A stretch of DNA of 64,000 nt, from assembly GCA_022605425.2 (NCBI GenBank), contig JAKIMF020000001.1:1798001-1862000 (forward strand), read 5' to 3'. Source of the stretch: Hamiltosporidium tvaerminnensis FI-OER-3-3. Taxonomy: Eukaryota; Fungi; Microsporidia. Made by a program: the position numbers and the translations under genes. The notes beneath the pieces were generated by a model that made no database searches, was not told the origin of the DNA, and was given only the letters and a program-made list of their open reading frames with translations. This document shows positions 1 through 12,648 of this stretch, piece after piece (the first letter of the stretch is position 1; each line of letters begins with the position of its first letter).

Positions 1-180
1 AGCATTTATGATCAAAAATACTTCTACAATATATAAGGTAATATGGAAAGAACTATGGAAGTAATCTATCACTTGATTACAAGATGATCTCATTGTTATA
101 AAGTGAAGATGTGAGTCATAATATATTTCTAAGATGACTTGAACGAGTATGAAGCAGAGGATGACAGATAATGTTTTCAT
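1..180 (-). CDS. Partial copy (5' half) of the 118-aa signal-peptide/membrane protein family; runs off the window start
   Basis: Reverse complement from 180 reads MKTLSVILCFILVQVILEIYYDSHLHFITMRSSCNQVIDYFHSSFHITLYIVEVFLIINA, matching the six full copies. Confidence 0.5.
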   Translation of the reverse strand, partial: MKTLSVILCFILVQVILEIYYDSHLHFITMRSSCNQVIDYFHSSFHITLYIVEVFLIINA

Positions 181-2773
181 AAACAAACAATGTTATTCAT
201 TCTTTTATAATAAAAATTGTAAACAAGTTTCATGTTTCCTTATCAAATAAACAAATAAAAAAATCAGATTTTAGAAAAATTAAACAAAGAATATTTCGAT
301 TAGTTTATTAAGATAATATCTGAATTAATAGTAAATTGGTGTACAAAAAAAAGTAAAAAATATATTCTGATACGGTAAGTTAAACACAGAATATTATTTA
401 AAATGGTAAAAATATTAAAAATAAGAATTAAAATTTAAATAAAATATGTTTATAAAACAGGTTTGAAAACTTCATAAAAATATTTATTTCGTCTTTTGGA
501 TTGGAACAAATTGAATTATATTTTTATTAAGGATATCTATTAAAAATTAAAACAAGTAGTAAAAAATTCCACTCAATATTTTTTTATTGCATAGAGTTAT
601 CTATAGAAAATTGGTTCAAATTGCAATATTTTGGCTATTCATAATCTTGTTTCATTCTTTCATTATATATAACTCATTCGGTAAATTTTAATGGCATTGT
701 TTCAATTTCGATCAGCTTCTTTACATGTTTAAGTCTAATGATTTTTGCTTTTAATTTTTTAACCTCTTTTCTTAGAGGCGTGTATGTGCAATCGTATTTG
801 TAAAGAATAATGAACTGATTTGCTGACCGCTTGTTTCTGTGATCATATGAGAAGGTATTTTATAACATAATAAAATTAGAATAATAGATTAAAATTTTTT
901 GCAATACTTTTTATTAATTTATTTGAACGCTTTTAGATAAACCCTATTTTTCGTTCTTTCTTCTGGCGTGTATGCGGATAGATCGGAAGAATGACCCACT
1001 CTTGAAATGACCTACAAAGTTTTTCATATGCGAATTCCGGCTTATATGGATCTATTCTACGCAATTGCAGCGTTCGAGATCATTATTTGCCTACTATCTT
1101 TGCAAAGATGGTCGCAGATAAGGTTTTAAAAGGTTTAATTCTAATGAATTATACGTTGAAAAATGTAAATGCGGCTACTTTACATCTTATCTTTTTATTT
1201 CTCATATCATACTGTAACTTTCATGTTATTCTTGATAAGTTTTTTTTTACCGAAAGTCTTGTATCGGTATAAAGAACAGATAAATTAAAGTATCGGGGAA
1301 GAATGATAGGCGCTTCGCTTTTTTATTGTAAAACATGTGAATAATACCCAAAAAATATGTGAATATAGAGTTATGTTGAATCTAAACAAAGTCTTCTTTA
1401 TTTATAATTTTATCGATGAACTTATATGTTGTAATTTCGCCCGGTCTTCTATTTTGCATTTTTAAATTTAATTCATTTAAATCCATGTTGTTAGTGGTTA
1501 ATATAGCACGTGTACTGATCCACTGATGATTTTAAACTTTATCGTGATATCTCGAAGAATGTTTTGATTCATTGATCTTGAGTTGATGTCATCTTACAAA
1601 AGTTTTCTGGAAATGTAATTTATTGTATAAATCCGTAAAATATTACTTCGAATTCTCTATATCTATTATTTTTTTTCCGAAAAGTGCAGCAAATGTATCA
1701 TTTTGTTTTCTAACACGTAAGTTAGTTTTTTTAATTAATTTCTTTGCATTTCTCTTTAATATTGATGATTTTAGACATGTGTTTGGTTCATCGTTCGGTG
1801 TGAGACAAGGAATAACTGATAGAGTTTGATGAAAATCACTAGACGGTAAAATTAACGCTCTTAAGAAGGTCTGTAAATTCCCTCTCGGATTTTTTAGTGT
1901 AAGATAAAGTGCTTCCAGTTCCTTTTTGTGTGTCTCTTTGTAGTATTCTACTATCTAATTATAGGTTATTGAATTCCCTTATAAATATAAAATTATATTT
2001 TATTAAAACCTCAATGGTAGAAGAAAGGAAAACCTGAAGTGGAATAATAATTCAAATAAATCTTCGTTAATCAAAAAAAATCTTTATTTACACGGGTTAA
2101 CAAACCCTTTTATTCAAATGATAGAGCCTGCCTCTATCAAAGATACCTTTTATCCGGGTGACTCGAGAGATATTGTGACATCCTCATACATTAGTTTTTT
2201 AATCAGTTCGTATTTAGTGACTTTGCCTATTCCATAATTTTTAGTGATATTACATATTGTTCTCTCATTGGTTTGCAAATACAATTGTAACGTTAAAAAT
2301 TAATGTTTCGATGACCATCATCTAAAAATGTTGCCTGATTTTGGAAAAAATTCGATAAAAGAGCAAGAATGAATATAAAAAACAAACAGGACACCTTTAA
2401 ACTTATTATATTTAATAAAACACATTTAAGATATGACACGCTCTAATAACACGTTTTAACTTACTATACCATCTTTAACAACCTGCTAACCTAAATATTC
2501 ATTTAATACCATACTTTAACTGTAGTACTCTCTGAATTTTAACTCCTTAAATTCACCACACTGTTTTAACATCGTTTAATAAAAATCTCATAATAAAATC
2601 TTTTAGTTATAGGGTTTTTTGATCAATATAAATATCCTTGCAATCCATATAATAATTTTTCGATCAATATCATAGTTGTTGAAGTCAATATCATAATCCT
2701 TGCAATCAATATAATAATTATTTTTAAAAAATAAAAATTGAAAAAATAAAATACAAATAGTACTTGAGATTTA

Positions 2774-3943
2774 TTATTTAAGAATCACTTGCCCTATTTC
2801 AGCCTTTTGCAAATACTCTAAAATTTTGTGGTAAAAAGAACTACAATGTTCTCCCGTGATCTCATTAAATTTTTCACAAATTAATATTCACAACTGAGGC
2901 CCAGTACGAGCGCCACCTCGAATTACTTTATTTTTTCAGATTGAGATTAAATTCTCAATTGGATTAAGAAATGGAGAGTAAGGTGGAAGAAATTTTATTC
3001 GATCCGCAGCAATTTCCTCATCATCATCCAATCCACGATAGTGATGAATTCTCGCATTGTCTATTACAAATATAGGAGTCGAAATTCTTTGCTCTTGACA
3101 AATTTCATTAATCTCATTAATAGATAATTTGAAGTCCTCACCATTTACAGCCCTTTCATGAATATTATGGTATATCATAGCATATTTGTTCATTGCTGCG
3201 ACTCTGAAATATTTTTACTTCAGGCTGCAGCCACAAAAAATTGTGTAGATTCATCTCTCATATTAGGGCCTCTACTGGGGCGTATTACTACCACAACCCC
3301 AACTTCGTCTAAAAAGACAAAGTTTTTGTCATCGTTATTAACCTCCAATTCTCGAAAACTAGTTGCGTAATTTGTTCTGAGCTCGTTTTCAGTGGATACT
3401 TTCTACGCTCAGGCACTAATGTTATACGCTTTAGAGTGTAATGATACTCTCTTGGTGCGCGATCAATGTACTAGTTTAAACATCAACATTGAATGTACAT
3501 TTGATCCATTCTGCCTCCTCATACAGGGTTTTTGTACACTCCTAATCAACATAGGTTTGTAAGCTCTCTTTTATTTCCAAAGTTAACTTTGAACGCCTAT
3601 CACCACCATCTCTTTTCTCGACAAATACCAGGCCGGTTTTTAAATATCGTTTAACGATACTATTAACCGTCTGGTAATTTATTTGATACATCGAGGCAAT
3701 TGCAGACATAGAATGGCCTTCCAATGTCTTTTCAATTATGCATTCCCGATCATTATTAGAAACTTTTTGTTTCCTCAGAGCTGGAATGGTGGTTGTTGAG
3801 GGATTTTCATCATGTGATCCCGATGTTTCTACAAGACACTTCGAAACATTGTCATTTTCGCACTCTATACATTCCGGTGTTTCACCGACATGAAAATCAT
3901 ATTTGTTCTCGTTGGTATTTTTACCTGAAAAAGAATTTGACAT
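2774..3943 (-). pseudogene. Tc1-like DD34E transposase with stops and frameshifts
   Basis: HTH-like N-terminus (SMSAIASMYQINYQTVNSIVKRY), FLDEVG, FVIDNARIHH...FLPPYSPFLNPIEN with 34 residues between D and E. Confidence 0.9.
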
Positions 3944-4015
3944 GGGAGTTAATTTTATAATGACTAAATTATTTTTTACATTTTTATTTTTTAAAAATAA
4001 TTATTCTATGGATTG

Positions 4016-7000
4016 GAAATTAAATGGGTAGAAAGAAAAATGTTAGCAGCGAAATATCAAAAAATTCCAAAATAAAGGCTGCAAACGACGCTGATGAGAT
4101 GAAGAAGAGTGATAGTGAGGTACAAAAATGTAAGCTACACCCACCGGCGATTTCCCTACCTTCCTCCTCCTACACAACAATAACACCTCCACCACCAAGC
4201 CAAACATGCAGTAAAATGCAAAATAGTGGGCTTGACACCTTACCTTCGCCTAATGCACCAGTTCCCTCTTCGGTTGAAGTCTCTGCGTGCGAGCCATCGT
4301 ACGACATGACAAGCCCTTGTACTCTAGCTATTACGGAAGGTAACAGGCTAATGGCATTGCGGACGATATTCGATTCCGTAACAGCCGACCCGAAGGAATG
4401 GCCTCGAATTGTTTTTTTTGCAGTACAGACAAGGTTTGAAAGAATGCCAAGAAATGGCTGGACAGAGCTTCACAGGTACTATAATGAGAAATTCGGCTGC
4501 ACTGAAACTCTCGAAGTGTTAAAAAAATTGGCACAAAGTGAGATGGGAAAAGAAGTAAAATCAGAAGAGAATGGAGAGCGACGTAGAATCGCCACTTGTC
4601 TCGCTGATACATACACCTTGACCGACACCACGGAGTACATAAACCTGAGAGATAAATTCTTGAGTAAAATCAAATAAATCTCGGAGAACGAAATTGGAAA
4701 AGTGGTGGTCCGAACTAGAAAACATCCAAATGAATTGGTTGATAGTAAAGTTCTGGATCTCATTAATCGAGTAGTCGGTGAATATGCAGGAGCTCATGTA
4801 CCTGAGTCAATTACGGAAGCCGCGTATATCATGCAAGCTGCGCAGGTATGCTATGACGAGGCAACACGCAAAGAAAAGCCTAGATCCGCTTGGAAGGAAA
4901 ACATAGAAAGTAAAATTTCTAAGTTAGTACTTTCCAAAGATCTTCTCGAGAAGGCTCGTAAGCAGGAAAAGCTCTCCACCTCGGAAACGAAGAGCCTTAA
5001 GAAAATCATGCGAGAGTTTAATTTAAACTTGAGCAGTGTAACTGATCTTTCTGAGGCTTTAGTTAAGAATAATGAGTCTTTGAACGTTTATGAGAAAAAA
5101 ATTACGATGTATGAAAGTAGGAAGCAATTCCGAAAAGAGAATCGTATGTTTGAGCTTTTCAGAGGTCGATTTTATCGTGGGTTATCTGAGCGTGTGGAAT
5201 CCGAGCATGTGGTTAGTCGTGATGAAATTGTGAGTTTTTGGTCTACAATGTGGAACAAAAATGATGACACAGTCACGTATGATGATTATTTGATTCCATT
5301 TGTATCAGATAATCATCCGATTACGTTTCCTTCACTTGATGAATTTGTAAGTATCATTAATCGGCTTCCCAATTGAAAGCTGCTGGAATTGATTGTATTT
5401 ACAATTTTTTCATTCGGAAACTTACAACTCTTACAAATATATTTATGATATTGTGAAAGTTATATGTTTAGAAGGAACATTCAAGCTGATTGGTTTTACT
5501 GCGGGCTTACGTATTTGATACCGAAAGGAATTCCACAAAGAGGCTCTGACTACAGGCCAATCACTTGTATGTCCAACCTCTATAAGTTAACGAAAAAGTG
5601 TGTAACGAAAGTCGTTCAACTTGAAGTGGAAAGGCGAGGGTTGCTTGCAGAGAACCAGTTGGGAGCAGTTAGAGGTGTGCAGGGAGCGAAAGAGCAGGCT
5701 CTAATGAATATTGCCTTAAATAAAGAGTACGGAAACAATCTTAAGGCAACATGGATTGATGTTAAAAAAGCTTATGATTCAATAGATCATGCTTATTTAA
5801 CTCAATGCATTGAAAACCTTAATTTACCTGATTGGATCCTGAAATTTATTAAGGTAATTATATCAAAATGGAAAATTGATATATCAGTAGGGCCTGAAAA
5901 AATCATGAGCAAGAAGATTGATAGAGGAATTCTACAAGGAGATAGTCTGTCACCTTTGTTATTTGTGTTGTGTATGGATCCATTAAGCCGAAAGCTTAAT
6001 GAAAAATACACAAAAGTGACAGTACAAACAGATGCAGAATCCCATTCTACTAATCATCTCTTGTTTATTGATGATCTTAAGCTCCTTGCAAAAGACAGCT
6101 CCACATTGAGTGCTATGACAGGCGAGGCAAAGGAATTTTTAGAAGTGATTGGCTTAGAGATTAACAGAGAGAAGTCAGCCACAAATGATACGTGTTGTGA
6201 AGATACTGCTACTCTTCTAGAAGGTGTTAGTGTTTATAAATATTTAGGAATAATAGAAGATAGCAGAGGAATTCCAACACGTAGTTCATTTGAAGAAGTA
6301 CAAAGTAAACTTCTATCAAGAGTTTAAAGACTTTGTCACACTAGATTAAACGCAAAAAATTTATTTTCTGCAATTAATCAACATGCGATATCGTTAATCA
6401 ACTACCACATAGGAGTACTTCGACTTGAACCGGCTGACTTCTCTAAGTTAGATGATGCAGTGCGTGCGGTGTTGGTGAAGAATAAGATACATCTCCGCCC
6501 AGGATGTAAAGAGCGTTTATACCTTACTAGAGCAGAACTTGGAAGAGGCCTACATAGTGTTGAGTTGCGAAGCGAACATATGCTTCTACAACTCTTGGAT
6601 TGTCTGGAAAAAAGTAAAGAAATATCAACTAGACGAGCAGCAATCCTCAAGGTGGAGAATAATAATAAAACCCATCTTGCACTAATAAAAGGCTTCTTAA
6701 AAGTAAAGTACAGGTTGGTAGAAGAAGCCACTAAGAAAAGTTTAGAAGAAGCTCAACTTGCAAAACTATATAACGAAATAGAAAAACGAAAACTCCATTC
6801 TTGTTATATAATGCAAGAAAAAATGAGCTTGTGAGTGTTAGTGACTCTTCAAGATGGTTAAAGAGAGGAAATATTAGGCCACGAAATGAAGCTGTGTTCT
6901 GCTATATCCAGGATAGAAATGTATTCTGGGGAGCAGATGGTGTGTGTCCACATTGCGGGAAGTCTGGAAGAATTTAGATCATCTAGCAACTCGATGTAAA

Positions 7001-7818
7001 AATGCTAGGCCATACTAAATTAGACGGCATAATGAAGTGGTTAGATGCCTACACCTACTTCTTCAAAATAGATATAAGTTTAAGTTTTCAAAACGAATTA
7101 GGAGTCACTCAGTTCAAGAAATTCTTGATAATGAGTATGCAGAGATAAGAGTGGACACCAGAATAAAAACTGATGTTAAAATTCGGAATAACAGACCCGA
7201 CATATTTATTTTAGATAAGAAGAAGAATAAGATAACACTCATTGAAGTAGGAATCACTTCCCAAGATTCACTTCAAATAGTTGAAACTGAAAAACTTAGG
7301 AAGTATGACCTGCTAGCCAATAAGTTGGGTCTTATTTATAAGTGTAGTGTTGAGATAATCCCTTATGTGATGACCTGGGACGGTATTGTGACAAAATACC
7401 ATAAATCTCATCTTAAAAGACTAGAAATACCCATGAATGTAGAGGCATACATTCAGTCTATAGTACTTAAGAAAACAGTCGAAACAATTTCCTTTGATCG
7501 ACGAAGAGGACTTGAGTCAGGACTAAATGCCGAAGAGAGCTGGGAGAGAGCGTCAATGGGTGTTATTATGAGATCGGAGATGCATGAGGAACCAATACCC
7601 CCTTTAAAAGGAGCGAAAACAGAGGAAGATGGTGCAAAAAATTTTAAACCAAAATATAAAGCACCCTTTATTTTACAAGGAGGAACCGCTTTAGAGGAAC
7701 CGACCAATAACATAAATGAAGAGTCGGATTTGGAAGAAGAGACAAAAGTGGTTAAAGAGGTAGAAGAAAACATATAAAAATGTTAAAAATATTTTAACCC
7801 AGAATTTTATTAAATAAA
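4016..7818 (+). mobile_element. Full-length R4/Dong-like non-LTR retrotransposon (RT + CCHC + restriction-like endonuclease), young copy 1, 10-bp TSD
   Basis: TSD ctatggattg at 4006..4015 and 7819..7828; empty site present in Tc1 copy 2 (~16814..16823). Confidence 0.95.
4024..7777 (+). pseudogene. Single ~1250-aa retrotransposon polyprotein broken by stops and frameshifts
   Basis: RT motifs YRPITC, WIDVKKAYDSI, GILQGDSLSP, HLLFIDDLKL, YKYLGI; RLYL..ELGRGL; RHNEVV; RPDIFI...LIEVGI...EKLRKY. Confidence 0.93.
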
Positions 7819-7990
7819 CTATGGATTGCAAGGATTATGATATTGATTGCAACAATTATGATATTGATCGAAAATTTATTATATTGATTGCAATGATTAT
7901 GATATTGATCGAAAATTTATTATATTGATTGCAATGATTATGATATTGATCGAAAAATTATGATATTGATTGCAAGGATTATTATATTCA
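7819..7990. repeat. Tc1 subterminal minisatellite, ~20-21-bp units alternating atattgattgcaa / atattgatcgaaa (7 units)
   Basis: Directly visible tandem units; shorter inverted array at the other end of the element (~2620..2720). Confidence 0.9.
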
Positions 7991-8879
7991 TTGAAAAGCC
8001 TTATAATATACCTTGATATAAAAGAGGTATAAAAGAACATGCAAAAATGTGATGTAAATAAGCAATATCATTTCGTTGTTATCATATAAAATTACAAGAA
8101 CACCGATTTTTTTTCTCTTATCTGAGTTAGTCACAAAATAGTTATTTTCGCAAGAGATTATAAGGATCTCAATTGATTTCTTACGAATATAACATTTAAA
8201 TTCTCTTATATTCTTCGATCATCCTTCAATTTCTAAACAATAAATTCTAGCGTGGTCTCGTGCTTATATTTTTGGCTAAATAATTTAAAAATATTCTTAA
8301 CTTCAGGATTTGATTTTATTTTATACAATTTCATTTGCTTTTTCGCATCTTGTATTTGTTTCATACGTAAAGTGATTTTTTTGATCAATTTAACTATCCG
8401 AATTTTTATTCATTATCTAAATACCAATAAAATTGTTAAAATATTAAGAGAAATTAAATCCAATTTTTTAATTGGATATGGTCATTTTACCCAGGGCTTC
8501 GTAATTTCGTTTCAAGGAACCAAATATTGATAAATTATGTTTTTACTAAAAAAATTAGAAAACGTTTATATATCATACAATCTAGATTCTATTATTTGAA
8601 TTTAAGTTTTAAACAGAAACATATGCACATCGTAATCTTATTTTACAAATCACATAGAAAAACTCAAAAAAAATACCCAAATAAAAAGCTTTTATTATCA
8701 AAACTTATAAGGCGTAAATTTGTAAAGTATTTTAGAAAAAAAATATAAAATATAAACGATTTTTTTGAACTTTTTATTTATTCTATTTATTTCTCATCAA
8801 TCCAACAATCCAATCGTCTCTTAATAGAACATAATTTGCTAACAGGGACAGTTTTTGCGGGGTTGTCCAGCCCCAAAAC

Positions 8880-9236
8880 TTATATATTAAGCTCGGATTC
8901 TTCATTATGTTCTAATATGATTTTTAAGCAAGTAAATTTTTCTGGATATTTAAACATTTCAATATATACTTCGATGATTAAAACCCAATACTGCTCAAAT
9001 GCATTCATTGGTATTTTCTTTGTATCTATAAATAAGTATTGTAATATTGAAACCAAAGCATTTATAATCAAAATTACTTCTACAATATATAAGGTAATAT
9101 GGAAGGAACTATGGAAGTAATATATCACTTGATTACAAGATGATCTCATTGTTATAAAGGGAAGATGTGAGTCATAATATATTTCTAAGATGACTTGAGC
9201 GAGTATGAAGAAGAGGATGACAGATAATGTTTTCAT
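8880..9236 (-). CDS. 118-aa putative secreted/membrane protein, multicopy family (ATG start used instead of the TTG in the track)
   Basis: MKTLSVILFFILAQ signal-peptide-like start, internal hydrophobic stretch; ORF intact in all six full copies. Confidence 0.55.
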   Translation of the reverse strand: MKTLSVILFFILAQVILEIYYDSHLPFITMRSSCNQVIYYFHSSFHITLYIVEVILIINALVSILQYLFIDTKKIPMNAFEQYWVLIIEVYIEMFKYPEKFTCLKIILEHNEESELNI

Positions 9237-10744
9237 AAACAAACAATGTTATTCATTCTTTTATAATAAAAATTGTAAACAAGTTTCATGTTTCCTTATC
9301 AAATAAACAAATCAAAAATCAGATTTTAGAAAAATTAAACAAAGAATATTTTGATTAGTTTATTTAAATAATATCTGAATTGATTATTTAAGAGTTTAAT
9401 ATTACTTTGAGTAATTCTAATTAAAATAATTAAATCAAGAAATAGCTTTTCTTAACTAACAGTTTAAACTAGAATTATGGTAGCTTATATTTTTCGATAA
9501 ATATTTTAGTTTGAACAACTAATTTCAGCGCTAAAAATGTTTACTTAAATGGTAAAAAATCTAGAGTATAACAGACTTGAAATAAAAAAATTTGTGCTGT
9601 AAAAAAATATAAATTTTCATTTAATCTTTTTGAATTCGAAGCATAATTTATTTTTTTAAGAAATTAAAAAGAACTGATACCAAATTTTACTAAATGCTTA
9701 AAGGAATTCAAAATATACTAAGAAGCCGAATGAAAATGAATTGCTTTAAGAAATAGAAAATGCGATATATTAAGTTGCTTGAATTAATTGTTTAAAGGAT
9801 AATTTATCGATTTAATCCTTAATTTATTAGATAAATCATATTAGATTAGGAATTGATATTTCACTTGAAATTTAGAACACTATTTAAAAAAGAAATGATA
9901 AATATTCGAGTGGGTTTTTTTCTAAAGTTCACTTGTGAATTTTGTCGAAGAACATGATGAGGCGAAAACCCGATTTTAAATATACAAAGATATATCTCTT
10001 GATTAAATAGACTCTATAACATGCGATTCACGCTAAACAAGATATTAGGACGTCAATATACGAAAATAAATTTGATTGCTACAGTGGCGGAAAGAAAACA
10101 TCATTCTTTTTAAACTAAGGTAAAGAGTAAAAAAGAGAAATATGTCTTCAAATGATATTTTTTGTAACATACAATGCTTCGTTTGAAAAAGTTACGATAA
10201 AAAATATTTTGAAGAATATAAACCCACCAAAGAAAATCTAAATTGGATTTGTTTTATTTAATAGCGGGTTTCAATTAAAAATTGTGAAAAGTTTACATAA
10301 ATTTAACGCCAGTCTTTCGTTCATAAAATAAATCAAAATACGTTGATTATGCTTGAAATTTTGTATAATTTGAAGGTTATCAGTTATTTTATCTTTATGA
10401 AGATATTCAATATAGACTTAGTCAACAAATAAAATAAATTTGGTGCGGATTTTAAGCGCATGTGTATATGCCTAGAACCGAATTTTTAAAAAATCTTGCC
10501 CTGTATTAAGTATATAAGTTAAAATATACATTTTAAGCCTTAATTTATTTTTAAATTTTGAAATGAATATTGCTCAAAAGAGCGGCCATTATAAAACCTG
10601 AATATAAAAATCGAAATAGATATGCACGCAAAAAATAGTTTTCAACATTAATCATGAAATAGAAACGAAATATGACTCGACGAAGTATGTTTATACATTT
10701 AATAGCTCGCTTTTTCTCTACGGATGGAACAAATTCCAACAATT

Positions 10745-10920
10745 AACCATAGATTCAACAAGTTAAAGGCGTCCCAGAGACAATTTTTTCTTTTGATAGG
10801 TTAGGTTGTCAGCCTCTCACAAACTTTTGAACGAAAATTAAAGAGTGTATCAACCGGGGGGGGGGGTGGATCGAACCCGGCCATTCGGAAACGACGAGGT
10901 ATATAAATATTCTAATCAAG
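10745..10920 (-). mobile_element. Degenerate tRNA-headed SINE-like relic
   Basis: Pol III B-box/T-arm GGGTTCGATCC (10868..10878, minus), poly-C, then GGCTGACAACCTAACC; no complete cloverleaf. Confidence 0.45.
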
Positions 10921-12648
10921 TAATTTTATAGAAAATTATTTGCTTGAGATACAACCTTTCAAAGTTATTATCCTGCAAAATGATATTTATCTGAAACAAT
11001 CGGGCACTTTCAAAGGGAAATTATAATGCATTTAAAATCGAAATGTACTTTGAACAGCAGGTATAAGGTTTCGACCATTTTTAATCGTTTAATATAAGAG
11101 AATTCTAAGTTATTCGATATTAAAACACATATATGGGACCAAAACATTCGAAATACTATATAAATTACAGAATAAATTCATTTTTTTTTATAAAAAATAC
11201 GATTTTAAGTCGAAAAAACGAATTCAAAACCATATATTTCAAAATATTGTTCAAAGGGAGTATGTGAAAGTGAGAAAATTCTACCTGATTAAAAAAGTTC
11301 TAAATTTAGAATAATGGAATTTTGATTTTTTATGAAAGCCAATATATCTTATTTACCCCAAAAAAGATTTCAGGGGTCGTTTCAAAAAATAGAAGAAGCC
11401 AGAAACCAAAGAATCGCGTACTTGTGCGCCTTGTTGAATCTTAGTTTTGAATATAGTTTACATATGATCTTTTTTTATAAAAAATGAGTAAGAGAATACC
11501 AAATCTCTCAAGATTTACCCTGGAAATATTCACGGATTTGTAAAGAAAGAAACTTTTACTAATAGACGATAATGAAAAAGACCTTTAAACAATCTATTTT
11601 AATTCACGAAAAGAATAGAAAATAAAAACAAATACAAATTAAGTCCTTAGCCTGGGAAGACCCAGGAGAATCTTGATATAAGCTAAATGATACATACATA
11701 AAACATGAATCATTCAATCCATTTCTATATAATAGAAAATTTCCTAGACTACAATATCTTTCGGGTTTTGAATCTAAGACATAAAACCAAATACAATGTT
11801 ACGCGAACATTAGTATAGAAGGGTGAATTAATTAATGTAGAAGAGTATTTCAGAATTAAAAGAATATACGACTTATTCTAAACTATCATTTATAATTTAT
11901 GACTATATTTTTTCTATAATTCTAATCGATTAAAATATATTTTTGATGATTAAATAAAATATCAAAATAATAATCAATGAAACCACGGTAATCAAATAAA
12001 TAGATTAATTTTAATATATTTGAATACAAGAATATTATTTGCAATCCAATCACTGTTCCTCAACGCAAATAGCCATGAGAACTGTGTTGGATTGCATTAT
12101 AAACCTGCTATTGTGTTCAAAATTAAACTCGTGTTTAATTTCTTTGCACATTATTCAAAAGAATTCAGATGTAGATGAAAAACATTAGATGTAATGTAGA
12201 AATTTTTTCAATATGTATTAAATAGTAAAGGCCTAAATTTATCGATCTTAAAGCAATATATTCACGGCTTTAGATCAAATGATGAAACCCAGAATTAATT
12301 TTTCTTTGGTAGAGACTATTTGGTGAATTTTGGGTGTCTATAATTATTTTATACCTTAAAACATTTTTAATATATTTTTTAATATCTTTAATTAAATTAA
12401 AACGAAATAAAAAAAAATGTTTGCAGCTTGATTTTTCCTTTAAATTATGCTTACATGATTACATACTTTAAATTTCTAGTTTTATTTACCGTGTTGTCTT
12501 TTAACATATAGTCTTCATGGGACTTGGCTCTTCTCATAGAATTGGTGTATGTTTTTTTCCTATCCTATAACAAATTTTGGTTTTGAATCTCTCTATTGTG
12601 TTATTGAAGAAAATATTTTGATTTTTTATTTCAGATAACCTACCAAAT

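Larger units (their letters stand above)
2610..8003 (-). mobile_element. Tc1/IS630-family DD34E DNA transposon, copy 1, interrupted by an R4-like retrotransposon
   Basis: Imperfect TIRs tata-gggttttttgatcaatata (2608) and tatattcattgaaaagcct-tata (8005) with TA flanks; internal transposase. Confidence 0.9.
1..9894 (-). repeat. Left arm of a large inverted segmental repeat (partner 14790..20824), with an extra 3.8-kb retrotransposon; continues beyond the window
   Basis: Reverse complement is colinear with 14790..20824: same Tc1 ORFs (3542..3943- vs 16886..17287+), 120-aa ORFs and intergenic sequence. Confidence 0.95.

Noticed and set aside
5370-5470. Programmed frameshift or two-ORF organisation in the R4 element
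   Set aside because: The breaks differ in phase between copies and the old copy shows the in-frame sequence
4024-7777. RT as retron, DGR, group II intron or telomerase
   Set aside because: The CCHC + PD-(D/E)xK nuclease, TSDs and empty paralogous sites identify a non-LTR retrotransposon
7819-7990. CRISPR-like regularly spaced repeats (also 16700..16820 and 43285..43444)
   Set aside because: Units are tandem with no unique spacers, lie inside Tc1 TIRs, and the context is eukaryotic with no cas genes
8836-9120. 94-aa antisense ORFs (also 15565..15849 and 48132..48416)
   Set aside because: Shadow frames of the 118-aa ORF, non-ATG start, absent from half of the copies
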